This document shows, piece after piece, positions 24,463 to 38,809 of a DNA stretch of 64,000 bases. The translations under genes were made by a program, and so were the position numbers. The number at the start of each line of letters is the position of its first letter. Positions within the stretch are counted from its first letter, which is position 1. The stretch lies in the NCBI GenBank assembly GCA_004022145.1, contig RCNU01000013.1. One strand, given 5' to 3'. A model generated the notes under the pieces. That model was not told the origin of the DNA. It saw nothing but the letters and a program-made list of their open reading frames with translations, and ran no database searches. Source of the DNA: Paecilomyces variotii (Eukaryota).

Positions 24463-27400
24463 GATTGGCGGGACTACTACAGCGGCAAAATGCCAATTTG
24501 TTTCTTGAAGCACAGGCATCGAACCTTTTTTGGATGACCGATCTGCTCCCCAGCCGAAGGAAGTGCGCAGATCACGGCTCTTTTGCTAAACGGCGTAAGA
24601 TGCGGATCCCGATGGCCCAAAATGACAGGCGGTGCGGCCATCTGCATTGAAAAGCAATCGATAGCAGCCACCACCGGCCATTATTGCGAATGATCGGTCT
24701 CCCAACTAGCTTCGTGCCTCGTTCAATGCGGCGGGGCAGGCAGTTGCTCGAGCGGAGGACAGTCCATTGAAGAGATCCAGCGGTGAAGATATGACAGGCA
24801 ACGTTTTTTGAGAACATGATCAGGCCCTTCAGAACAATAATCGCGCGGATGCGGTCGCCTCTCATCTCCGGAATGATCAGATCAGATATGGATGGTGCTA
24901 TGGAGGCGCGAATCCTCCGAATGCCCAGATACATGATTTATCTTCCCCAAGACAGGAGTTATTTGGCACGGCGATGCCCAATCATGGAGGTGTACAGTAT
25001 ATTGGCCCGTCCGTCCGCCTATCCATCAAAGTTATTAAAAAGGCAACAAAACAGATGTGTAGTTAATTATTCCATACTCTCTTTAGCTCAACTGAAGGGA
25101 GATTTTCTGTCTCGCGCTCCTTCCCAAATTGGAGCTGGTTCTCTGACACTCCTGATGCAGGAACAGGAACAGGACACAGGGCATGTGCTATAGTAAAACA
25201 ACCCCTACCTATAATACAGCTCCGGATCAGCGCAGTGTTTGCTTCAAAGCTCCCGGCTTGTCCACTTATTAAATAGAATGAACATGTGCTTGCTAACTAG
25301 CTACTGCAGCTAGCATCTCAATTTGCGATTCCGCGAAACTTTCTTACGAAGCCCAGCTCCTGGATAAGAGGATCCGTCTCCATTATTGCGGATGCTCTCT
25401 CTGCTGCCCCTGGAGCCCTACCTCCGTACTCTAGGAGCATAGCTTGTCCACAGTTCGCTTATTGCCCATTGCTGCAATCTCGATTTTGTCTGTTTGATGA
25501 GTGACGGCTAACCGGCTATCGTTCCAATGTAGTCTTCTGTGCACCGGTTTCTTTTTAACTTCTGCTCTGGCTGAGATCGACACTCCAAAAGAATTCGATC
25601 GTAGATGGCTCCTTTCGATGGTGCCGGAGAACTAGAGAAGACATTCGAAATTTTCTTCGATTTAAATCTAAAGCATTCACGGACTAGGTAGACTGATCGT
25701 GGATAGCCTCGTGCCTGTGCCGACATGTCAGACTAACTGTGTTACCAGCCACATTTCTCTCCGCGGGCCACTGGACATGCAGGAGGCACTGTCAGGTACG
25801 ATCGGCACAGGAATAAATAATATACGTCTGGACACGATTCGACCGTTTGGATGGTCTATGATTGATTGGTAAGTCCATGGTTAGTGCTGGATCGGATTCG
25901 CTTGTTTTCTTGCTGAGCGGCACGGAACCTGGCGAGGAGCCGACGCCTGACAGCTGATATGATATGACCGGCGTCAACGCGGACTTGGACACTAACATCA
26001 TAGCGCATCTCGCTTCGACGGCTCCTCTGCCTTTGTTTCTCTTCCTGATGTCCGTCCCTAGTCGAAAGAGGTCGACAGAGCTTCTGGCCTTTGCAATCGG
26101 CGCTTGATGGGCTGGCTGGATTCAAAAAGGAGAACCTACCATCGGTCTAACTTCCATCGTCTTCGCTGCAGTTTGCCTTGTGAGAAAGTTTCCAGAGTAT
26201 CCAGATCGCCTAATCGAGTATTTCTTCAAAATATGGGGTAAGTAGACGTTTCCCTCCAACAATAATAGCGCCAAGAGTTGGTACATAGTTCGAAGTTCGA
26301 ACTCTCCTGCAGACTTCGAGACTCTAAACCATCGCGGTGGGTGTACAATCGCCCCTTTTGCATCTAATGGTGGACATCTTACATGCTCTGAATCGTGAAG
26401 AATAGGCACCTTTCACGTAACTAGTTGATGCAACTTGGTCCGTCATAAGCAACGGATTCTGCTCTAGATAGCTGCGGATCTCTCTGGATGACCGTAGGAA
26501 CTTGGACTGTGACAAAAATGTACGTCCAACCTACGGGCTAGCTTTAGAACATTCTCTGAGCCTTCTGTGAAGAATGCACGCGGCTGGACAGCGCTTAAGC
26601 TCCCTATCTATTCCAATAATCGTGCATTGTTTCGAGCATTTTCGGTTTCAGACCTGCACCTCGTGGCAACTCCCACGTTACGACCAATTCCCAGCCACCA
26701 GCCACGAGGGAACGTTTCACCTTGACAACCATAACCATCAACAGATTTCGATATCTCAATTGTGGTATGTGCACCTTTCTGCAACGGGAAAGGACGGCTG
26801 CTACACTCCATCCGCGTTTCAGATCTTCCCGATTTCTCTCCGATCGACCCTGACTTTTCCCCCTAATTTGTCGAAAACGGACCGCAGCATCTGAAACATG
26901 CCACTTGCGCATTTAAGCAATTGCACGGTTCTTGTTGCTGTGCACTTGAGCTCCTGATCATACAGTCAGTCTAGAGATGTTTACCGATGACTAGTTATGA
27001 TCCTCTTGTTGAATAATAATAAAGGTTCGCGATCGACAGCTTTTCCCGCGTGAAAACATAGCTCGTCAAGGAGGCGCAGAAAGAATGGGACAAGATCCAT
27101 TTTCAAGCAGAACGGCGCGCCAGCTACAAACCGGTGGGCGGGGCCCAATGCAGGTACACTGCCGAAAGAGCAATGGGAAACAAGCATCTCATAGTACTCC
27201 GTACTGCGCTTCACTCCGACCTCTCGAAGCGAACAAGGCTAACTATACAAGCCACATAAACCATGCTACTGATCTAGCTTTCAGCCTCTACGTCGTATTT
27301 TGGCGGGGCTCAAGATCGATTTGACTGAGATTGATAATAAAGTTGCCTCAGGTATGATTAGGGATCCATTATCGACTATCCAACTCCCGGCCAGTTATAC

Positions 27401-28498
27401 CAGTTATACCAGTTATACCCGTCACGAATCTACTCTAATGATAAGCTTGGTCCAAGTCGAACTTTTCCTGATACATCCAATCCGGTCTTTGATCTTCAGC
27501 CCAATTTTACTTGGGACGGTTTCGAGCTATCCAGATCGCCATCAAGCCCTAAGAAGGCTCATATTGTTTTAGAGTGGACAATCTGAAGCAATGATCTCTG
27601 CGCCGGCGCCCGCTGGGGAAAGTGACAGCCCCTGCAGGAAGAAGCTACATGGCTGTTCCAGAATCAGTCCAGTAGAGCATCCTCCATCTGATAAACCCTG
27701 CAGCGATCGGAGCTTTCTCCTGATCAGGAAATTCTCAAAGAATAGTCCACGCTAAGTGCGAACTGTATCAACATCTCTCGATCGCGGGCGAAATGATCTA
27801 TCGCCGCCGGTAGGCCGTCAACGAGGCGGGATAGCATACTGATAGACCTTTTTTTTCTTTTTTGTCTTCGACAAAAATAGCACACTTGGTATTGTTTCAA
27901 GCCTTGCCGGTGATGAATTGAGATCCCGTAGCGTTTGCGTGACTAACGGCACGCTCAGTAGTGGCGAGGTGAACAATATTTTCATTCTAGATCTCTTTGC
28001 TAGCCGTCATGACGATCATCAACATCAGATGATATCCGATTCATATCGGGCCCATCCGAGAGATCGGGCTGTCTCAGGTTGTGCCTACACGGCTGTGCAG
28101 AGCGCAGGCCGCCAGGACATATGGTAAGGTAAGTCCCGGCGCACTCAATGATGATTTCACCGCAGTATCTTTCCCTGCTCTAGAAGATGATAAATGATGT
28201 AAAGAGAGATCAGCTGCCAACGCAAACTGCTGTTGCCACTTGCCCACAGACAAGGGGTCTGAAACAGGTCTGGGCGAAAGGTAATCTGAGACAGCATCCT
28301 TTTACCAAAATAGGACATATCGCCCACCAATGTGGTCATCAGCATGATTGAGATCAGGACGATCCTGCTGCGTTGTGATCGTGATAAGTCAAAGCAGGTA
28401 GAGTATTTGTCAATAGATGGTGGCGAGGTCGTAGATACTGCTCGGTGCATCACTCATGATGGCATCTCTGGATTGGATAGACATTGAATCTGCTTCTC

Positions 28499-29446
28499 TC
28501 ACCGACGACCTTTCTTGCCCTTGGCAGATTTGCGCGGTCCTTGAATGCTCATGATGTCACTCTTGCTCAGATTGAGAGTGCCACCGGCGAACTTGCCAAT
28601 TGATGGACCTCCAATGCCGCGTTCCCTCCTCTTCCCTGACGACTTCGACGACTTGAAGGTGGGCTTTTCAAGGATGATACCGTTCTCCCTGGCTTCGCGC
28701 CTTCTCCGGTCCTCTTTGGTCGCAGCCTTCTCCTTGATTCCTTTCCGGTGGGACATGGGCATCTTCTCTTGGCTGAATAACGATGTCTTTGCTCCCAGCG
28801 ATTGTACTCTCAAGTCGAGGGCCTTGTGCCGATTCTTTCCGGTCGGGTCAAGATCATTCGCGGATTCCAACAGATGTGACTCTTTGAGCAGTCTCTGTAA
28901 AGCCAGGTCATTTTTGAGATCCATAGCGTCGTCATCACTTGCTGCCGCTTCTTCTCCTTCTTTCTTTGACGTAAACTTCGCAGTCAAGGGTTTCGACAGG
29001 TCTGGTGGTTTTGCGTTCTAGACGGCCAATATCATATTAGTATGTCGAGACGACGTAGAGGATTAGTTTAGGAAACGTACCATGAAGGCTTTACGGGCCT
29101 TTTTATCGATAGCGTCCGACGTGCTGTTATGCGAGCTGGTGTACTCGACGACTTCGACTTTCGTGCCATTGCCTTCTGCATCAGAGATACCGTCCCATTC
29201 GGATCCGCTCTCCTCATCACTACCATCATCCTCTTGTTCTTCTTCTTCGCTTTCAGAAGCCTCAGACTCTGCAGTTCGCGCACTTTTTACAGGTTGTAGA
29301 TCCAGGGGCTCGAATTGACTCTCAAAATACCGCCGGAAGATATCATGAGCATCACCGGCGGTCGTATCTTCCGATCGCGCCTCTGCAGTTTCAGCAACAA
29401 CGTTCCGGGAGACAGCAGCTGTCTCTCTCTTTCTCTTCCCAGGCAT
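28499..29446 (-). CDS. Faf1-like 40S ribosome assembly / pre-rRNA processing protein; exons 29446-29081 and 29017-28499
   Basis: Segments FRRYFESQFEPL, an acidic tract, LKNDLALQRLLKESHLL, KMPMSHRKGI, EARENGIIL and IGKFAGGTLNLSKSDI resemble Faf1. Canonical intron at 29080-29018. Confidence 0.75.
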
Positions 29447-29692
29447 TTCCTTCTTCAAGCACGATCTGTGCGACACGTGTGGTTCGAATAAAGACGCGTT
29501 GCGCAGCTTTGTCGGTTTTTTTTCCCCAAGTGAACTTTTTTTTTTCTCTCTCGCGATCAAATGTCGCGGTCACGTGTGATAAGATTAGCCGTCCCTCTCT
29601 CTCCCCTTCCCCACGTCCACTTTTTAATCAAGATTAAAAAGAACGAATTAATCGCTAACGACCACCAATTTCATTTTCTTTTTTTTTCGAAA

Positions 29693-30731
29693 ATGACTCG
29701 CTTTCGTCCGTGCATTGATCTGCACTCCGGGCAGGTGAAGCAGATTGTCGGCGGAACATTAAGTACAGTCCCTAGCGAATTGAAGACGAATTACGTATCC
29801 AAGCTCCCGGCCAGTCATTATGCGGCATTGTACAGAGATCACGACTTGCGCGGAGGCCATGTCGTGATGCTTGGACCGGGGAATGACGAGGCGGCAAAAG
29901 AAGCCCTGAGGACTTGGCCTGGTGGATTACAGGTGGCGGGGGGTATTACGGATAAAAATGCACAGTATTGGATTGATCAGGGAGCTGAGAAGGTGAGGTG
30001 TATCCTGCATATTAGATGGGCTTTGTCTTTTGGTTTGGTTTCTGTGACCAGGTTGTGATTGATTATATGTTTCTGGGGTGTATACTTGATGTTTATGATG
30101 GGTTATTTATTTTTATTTTTAATTTGCCTTCTTCTCTTCTTAGAATTCCAGCTATGCAACAACGCAGAGGCAGTATACTAACTAGATTACCAGGTGATCA
30201 TCACATCGTTCCTATTCCCCGAGGGCAAGTTCTCCAAAGAACGCTTAGAAGCCGTCCTCTCCGCTCTCGGCGGCGACAAGTCAAAGCTGGTCTTGGACTT
30301 GAGCTGTCGAAGAAAGGATAACACATGGTTCGTAGCCATGAATCGATGGCAGACCATCACCGAGATGGAAATCAACCAAGGTTAGTCTCACTTCACCCAC
30401 CATACTATGTCTACCCACTAAATCAGCCACTTACTCTTCTGTTACAGAATCGATATCCATGCTCGAGCCATACTGCTCGGAATTCCTAATCCACGCAGCC
30501 GACGTCGAGGGCCTACAGCAGGGCGTTGACGAGGAATTGGTATCCAAACTCGCCCAATGGTGTACGATTCCCGTCACGTATGCTGGAGGAGCGCGTCATC
30601 TCCAGGACTTGGAGAAGGTGAAGACGAGCAGTGGAGGGAAAGTTGACTTGACTATTGGTAGCGCGTTGGATATCTTTGGTGGTCAGGGGGTTACGTTTGA
30701 GGAGTGTGTTAGATGGAATAAGGAGAATTAG
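29693..30731 (+). CDS. his6: ProFAR isomerase (histidine biosynthesis); exons 29693-29992, 30194-30380, 30448-30731
   Basis: Motifs [57 protein letters not shown] and [13 protein letters not shown]. Confidence 0.95.
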
Positions 30732-31049
30732 TTACATAGAAAAAATAGACTATTATGCGGTATATTAGGACAATCCAAACTAGCTTAGGTGAAGAAGCAC
30801 CTTTTTATTTCATACAATGTGTCGAATCCAAAGTACAGAAGCATGGGTATGATTTGAACCATCTAGCTGATATATCTAAGCTTCTTGAATCGCTTGACTC
30901 TAGTTCGAGGGGAATGGGGTTGCACCCATATTTATCTCCTGATCATACAAAGAATCCAGATCCTAGTGATCTAGTAGGTCCTATCTTATAATTAGAACCT
31001 CATGGAAGCGGATGATATGACAGATCACCTGGACGTACGCTTCGTGCAC

Positions 31050-32100
31050 CGACACAATGGTCATTTGATAAGCCCGTAACAAGGCGTTATTGATTAATTG
31101 GAAATGAAAAGGTCATCGACAGTTGCTCTATAATCCACCTAGATTTAGTAAGGCGAATCCAAACTTTTGGCGTATAACTGTATCTTAGGCGGGCCCTGCT
31201 GTGTTTTTCCTACGAAGTCACTATAAGATGTATAATAGGAGATACTGGCAGTACTTACCCGGATCTTCCTCGCCGCATTCTATAGTACAATAGCTTTCTT
31301 TAGTAATCCTTTACCATTCACGATTTAACAGATAAGAGTGACTGAAATAGTAGACAATACCTGGATGAGGAGTTCTGTTTCCTAGATATTATTGTCAGCT
31401 GGCATAAAGAATAGATGTGGGACTCCTTACTGTTTGCAACTGTTTAAGGTTCTAAAGAAATATAAACTAAATAAGCTCCCTGTTTGAGTCTATTTCTAGA
31501 TACGATATAACTAACGCGTATTTTTGCCTTTATTTTCTATCGATCAACAATATATTAGTGTAGTATACTAATGCGATAGGATTGGTAAATACCTTAAGGC
31601 TTTCGTTATGACTCTGTATAACTAATTGTTAGTCCATAAAGCTAATACATTGCCTTAAGGCCGCTCACCTCCAGAACTTGCTGCCAGTACTAAATTTGAG
31701 ACTTAGTAGTTGCTAAAAGTGTTTTACCTAGAGCGTCTTACCTTTTTATCGTCCTTTTGAGGATATTAGAAAATCCCCCTAACAATTGAGGAACATAGGA
31801 TTACTACTTACTGCCCCGATGACCTATTCGAATAATGATTTCCCGAAAATTAGTATATATGAACAATTCAACTGATATAGCAATCGCTTCGGTATGAGAT
31901 AACATACCTCTCCCTAATAAGTGGTCAATAATAGAGAAACGAATGATTACATTCAATATTGAAAAGAAAGTACTAAAGGAAAGAAATTATATACCCTCTC
32001 TGTTGCTCCTAGCGGGCATCGTTTGGCCGTATGGCCCAGTTCCCCGCAAAAGCTGCACGCTAAATAAAGGTTCAATAGCACGTCCGTAACTACTAATGGG
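31050..32100. pseudogene. AT/TpA-rich degenerate segment, possibly a RIP-mutated relic of a gene or transposon
   Basis: The track shows no ORF of 60 aa or more between 30991 and 32261. TpA is far more common than ApT and CpA in several lines. An intron-like GT..TACTAAT..TAG lies at 31518-31579. The identity is unknown. Confidence 0.35.
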
Positions 32101-33535
32101 AGTAACTTACCCATTGGAATCGTGAAGACTGGTTTTGGGTCGATGAGGGAGTGGAGAGACAGGGATCTGCCATTAATTAGCTAGCTGTCAGCATATAGTT
32201 CGAAACAGAGACTATTTTATAGTCCTAGACGAAGTAATCGTTGAGTTCAGGGACACGAAAGTGAGACATATCACCTACAGCAAAAATGACGATTCGCAGG
32301 GTGACCAAAAATCAAAAGAAATAAGAGAAAGGATGTCTCGCACTGACTTTGACAGAGCAGTATCCCTTTCCCTGCGCGGAAGGAAGGTCCCTTACAGGCG
32401 TCTAGACGAAATCGGCGTTTTACCATCACGGATGATAGCTGCATTAGAAATGCAGTAATGACGTATCTGAAGCATATATATTGGAGATCTTGTAGAATAT
32501 TACAAGAATGTCTATTGAATTATAATTACCGTTAATGTGATGGTTGTGTATATAGACGATATAAGCGTTGGTCCGGAAGAGTGAGGAAAAGCGAAACTGA
32601 TGGAGAAGAAACTATAGTGAGGTTTCTAATACTTTAAATCTCAGGAAAAGACCAAAAAATGTAGCTTCACACTTTACGATTCCCTGGGGAAATACAGTCA
32701 CGCTCTGATGGGAATGTAACTCTGCATTCATCAACTGATCTGAAATGGCAAGTTCACCCCGTGGAGAGATTAGTGAATCCTAAATGGCACGGCGGCACAG
32801 TTATCTCGAATCTCCTAGCGAGTAGTTAGGTTTTCTGTTTAACTCGAGATCTAAGGGAAGCCGATCCCATGTTCAACTCCTATAGATCCGAAGGGTCTAA
32901 GCAGGTTGTGTCCTAACGTTAGATCCTGCTGGAACAGGATGAAAAGACAGACCACCTGCAGGTAACATTTCCGCACTGACACTCCCCCTTGAGTTAGCCA
33001 CCAGCACGCCCAACTGTGTTTTTCTTAGATAGGAAAACCTGAAGTTATCCAGATTTTATCAACCGGTTCGGCTTTGTCAAAAATTTATCCTCAGTAGATA
33101 TAATTTTGAGTCATGAGCTTATCCAAAGCTCTTTTCAGGCCCACAATGAAAATAATGTAGCTCTTCTTTTCTTCTAGCACAAATCCATCGTTTTCGAGGT
33201 CGATTGTCCGCCGTACAAAGAAAAGTACTCGATGTGCTTCCTGAGGCGGCATCGGCGGAGGCGACCCAAAACGGCTAGCCAATGACGCTCCCACCAGGCC
33301 GACCCCGTGCCTCGTCCGCAACGGAGCGCATCGTAACGTCCTCAGAGCTCCAGAGCATCTGGGCAGATATTCACATCTACAATCACACTCCGCCTATTTT
33401 CCTGCGATTGAAATCTACGAGCTATATATTACCCCAGCCTTAAGTTCCTTGTTATCCCGTGTCGCGGCGCGATATTATCGCTTTCCCAATTTTCTCAAGC
33501 TACCTTCCTCCGACGTCCCTCCACAGTCCGTCACG

Positions 33536-34029
33536 ATGAAGCCTGTCGTCTCTGCGCTGAATGCCTGGAGCTGGTGAGTCTAGCCTTATCAATTTGGATG
33601 AGATGATGTGGTTGCTAATATACGATGGGACAGCGTTGTGATCTCGCTCTTTGCGATCGTCATCCTCTCCGTCCTGGGTTCTCTATACGGGGTTCGTCGA
33701 CCTTCCCCTGCGATCGATATCGTTGACGCCATCATGACTTGCGGAATGATAACTAGAATGATATGATATGCTAACGTAAACAGAAAAACCACCACTCCTT
33801 CACCGGCTCAGAGAATGACCCCGAGGACGGCCCGGCGGTTGCTGCGTCCATTTTCACAGCCGTGATTGTCTATGCGGTGCGTCTCACTCTTTTCGTCCTA
33901 GGAACATCATCTCGGTAACGCAATTGCTGATTGTCAATCCTAATGAAACAGGCGTTCTTCGTTTTTTGTGGTTTCCAAGCATACCTCCACCTGCGGAGCA
34001 GTCGGAGAGGAGCCATATCACTCCAATAA
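33536..34029 (+). CDS. V-ATPase V0 subunit f (RNaseK/YPR170W-B family), 88 aa; exons 33536-33573, 33634-33691, 33784-33876, 33952-34029
   Basis: Spliced translation MKPVVSALNAWSCVVISLFAIVILSVLGSLYGKNHHSFTGSENDPEDGPAVAASIFTAVIVYAAFFVFCGFQAYLHLRSSRRGAISLQ*. It has two TM helices and the NDPEDGPAVA and FFVFCGFQ motifs of yeast subunit f. Three GT-AG introns with branch sites. Confidence 0.9.
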
Positions 34030-35273
34030 AGAATTGCTACTATACTATACTGTTGGGAATGGATAGCGTATGGCATTGAAGTGGGATACGAGTTCGTTCC
34101 GTGTTGTTACGGGGAAGATGGTATCGGATCTATCCCCATTCAAAGTGTCATGGACAAGCGTGGACTCGATATCACACGGCTTCTGCAAGTTATGGGTTAC
34201 ACGCTTTCTATTTATTGTTAAATCATTGGCTGGTTATTGTTATGGTACATACCAGGCGTCTATGCGATCTGTTTGCTCATGGTGTTTTTCCTTTTCCTTT
34301 TTCCCTCCTCGCTCTTTCCTTCCGGTGATATCTTAGGTCTCGCTGCCTTGCTGTTCGTACATCGAGTGATCAGAAACTAGACAAAACGAAAGATGAATGT
34401 TCGAACCCACCACTTCTCGCAATCAATTATCGCTCTTACATGTATAACACACTGGGGCCCCTCCGCATGTCGGGAGAGGAGATGCCCCACACAACTGGCA
34501 TTGGCCTTGCCATTTGCTTGAGTTGCTTTCTAAGGTCATCCTTTGTATAATTTTAATTCCATTCATCTGTAATAGAGTTCAGCTTTTCCACTTGGCTTCC
34601 GTGATCCTGGGATTTGACAGGTTAACTATGAGCCAGGAGAACTCACAGTAAGCAAGTCTGGTAGTTATTGAGATCTTTTTCAATTGTCCATACGAAGAGT
34701 ATGTGGAATAAGCCCATCTATTATTACAGTTACAGGTTGGTTCTGAATCCGAGATTACGATAGGAAGACTCGTAGGCTTGTGCGGGCTTGTCTCTTTACT
34801 GCACATCCGTGCTATGGTACTGACTCGTTTGTCTGCTTTCCGGCAGTTTCATTATCCGCTCGGGAAGCCGATGCGGTGCATGTTCGGGATGTGCTTATAT
34901 TTAAAACCGGCTTGGATTATAGTTACTTGGATGATAACGAAAATCTAGAAAATGGCCGATTGTTAATGCTCTAGATGAAACTGAGTAGCTAGTTAATGGA
35001 TGGATGTGATGGATGCAATCTTGATTCCGTCGAGATACTACTAGTCTATATACATGACACGCGTAATACTTTTCGTTTGTCCAAATGGATTTAATTCTCC
35101 TCAAGACCAACGCCAATAAATGCAAAGATATAAGATTCGACCAGGATATAACGCCCAGGGCTCTTTTGAGAGGCCCACCTTCCGTCTAGTCCTTTTTTGT
35201 TCACATACGTGAAATTCTAATGTCATGAACACCGTTATAGATATATGCGCGTGAAATGATTGGAAGAGAGAGC

Positions 35274-37057
35274 CTACTCTTCATCTTCAATCGGATCAAG
35301 CATCTTCGACATGTAAGGACCATCAAGGTGATAGCCTAGACGGGCGTAGTAGCTGCGAACACCAACGCCAGAAATAACGCTGATCTTTCGGCTGCCGTGC
35401 TCTTCTCGGGCGATGCGTTCGGCTTCTTCCATGAGCAGAGTTCCGAAACCACGGTGCTGGAACTTGCGTGGATCGCGCCCATGCAGAGGCACAGCGGAGC
35501 CGTATACGTGCAACTCTCGAACAAGACTGGTCTGCTGGCCGGTGAGTTCGGGGCGGAAGGTGTGCGTGGCAGAACACTTTCGCAGACGAAGCAGTCCAAT
35601 GAGGATATCCTGCTTCGGGTCCTCGTATGCCAGGAAAGTTTCCCAGCCGCCGTTGGCTGTGTAGTCACGGCGGACTAGTTCCACCTGAGACGGACGGATC
35701 TTATTCTTCACCTCATTGATACCGACCTCACGAGTCCGTACATCGCGACAAGTCGTGCCAAAGTCCTTCATCCTGCTCAGAGCCAGCTCTCGAAGGTTTC
35801 CATTTTCAACACCTGACGTGACCAGAGGCATGGGAATATCACGCTGCACACGGTAGATACGGGTCCACGGAGGCACCAGCGCAAGGATACGGGCGACAAT
35901 GTCGATCAGCGCATTGGGCGTGTAGTTCTTGTATCGGCCTGTCCTCCAGAGCTCATAGAGACCTGTTCCTCGAATGACCAGCGTCGGGTAGATCTTCAGG
36001 CCATCGGTTCGGAAGGCGGGGTTCTCGAAGTACTCGCGGAACTGGTCGAGATCGCGCTCCATACCCACGTTGGGAAGATCGGGCATCATGTGGCTGACTA
36101 CCTTAAATCCTGCATCTTTGGCCAGCTTGAAAGTCTCTGCGACGGCCGCAACTGTGTGGCCTCTGTTGGTGTCCCGCGCGACGTCCTCGTAAAGACTCTG
36201 CACTCCAATCTCCAATCTCGTACATCCATAGCGAAGCATATCACTAAGGTGGGTATCCAGGCAGTAATCCGGTCGTGTTTCGATGGTAATCCCCACACAT
36301 TTGATGTTGCTCATCTCACCAGCCTGAACCGCCTCGTCCACGTTATCGGTCTGATATCCACTCAGAGCGTTGTGCAACTGTGAGATGAACGACTCTCTGT
36401 AGTCGACGGGAAGCGACATAAACGTTCCACCCATAATGATGTATTCGACCTTGTCCACACTGTGTCCCAGAGACTTGATCTGATCAACACGTCCTCGAGC
36501 CTGCTCGAAAGGATCGTAACGCGCTCTGATTGCTCGCATGGATGTCGGTTCATATCCGGTATACGACTGGGTCGAATATTCGAAATCAGAATCCGGTCCA
36601 CCCGGGCAGTAGACGCAGATGTTTCCGGTGTAGGCGATATGCGGGCATCGATGGGGTTTGCACATAACCGCCACCACGGCGATACCAGAAGACGTTCCTT
36701 CATCACAGGTTAGCAACCAGGAAGATATCAGAGGAGAAGGCCACACATACTTATAGGCTTCGCGATCAGCTTAGGAAGAATGTATTTTTTATAGTGCTCA
36801 GGCACGGCCGCAATGATCGCCGTGAGAGATGGCTGCGTACTCAAGTGATGCTTTTTCGACACCTGACTCCGCAGTTTGTTCAAGTTAATATCCCGCTTGG
36901 GCTTCGAGAAATCCTTTTGCGACTCATATTCCTGGATCAGGGCATTTGCGATATCTGAGCATGCCCGCATGTACCGTTCATTTTCCGGGGCCAACTTTGC
37001 GTTCTTCGACAGCTTGTGCTGCGATGGTGGGGGGATGGTCATCGTCTCGGTCGCCAT
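35274..37057 (-). CDS. elp3: Elongator subunit 3 (radical SAM plus KAT domain); exons 37057-36751 and 36697-35274
   Basis: Motifs CKPHRCPHI...[25 protein letters not shown] and FQHRGFG. A 53-nt intron with an AAG acceptor restores [13 protein letters not shown]. Confidence 0.96.
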
Positions 37058-37429
37058 CGTGGAGTCACCGCGTGACGGCGGTCGCAGGACAGGAACAAAA
37101 ATAGTGTCAGTGATCAAATACAGATATAGCAACGAGCTAGACTTTTGACGCTATCTATCCCGCACCGCAAGATCCGTGGGGCGTTGGTTGGCAGCAGTCG
37201 CACTCGTAGGGAAAAAAAATAGAGTGGAGGAGGGCCGAGGCTGTTTGTCGGCTAAGAACAGAAGTCGGGAGCCGCCTAAGCTTTGTCCCCTTTGCGCAGC
37301 TCGGTGAATCCCCAGGGCGCGCCAGGACTGACCAAGTCCGTTTTGCTTTTCCCATATCCATCACTCTTCCTTCGTTTCGTGTTTGTTTGGCTTCATCCCG
37401 GCTCTTTTCGTCTCTCACAGATCGCAGTC

Positions 37430-38809
<1,380 letters not shown>

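Noticed and set aside
24572..25193. Overlapping 120-125 aa ORFs upstream of steA
   Set aside because: No domain similarity, splice structure or coding bias is evident.
36698..36750. AAG 3' splice sites (elp3; also 53166-53219) and a NAGNAG acceptor in nhx1
   Set aside because: These are minor but ordinary fungal acceptor variants, with no sign of stwintrons or non-canonical splicing.
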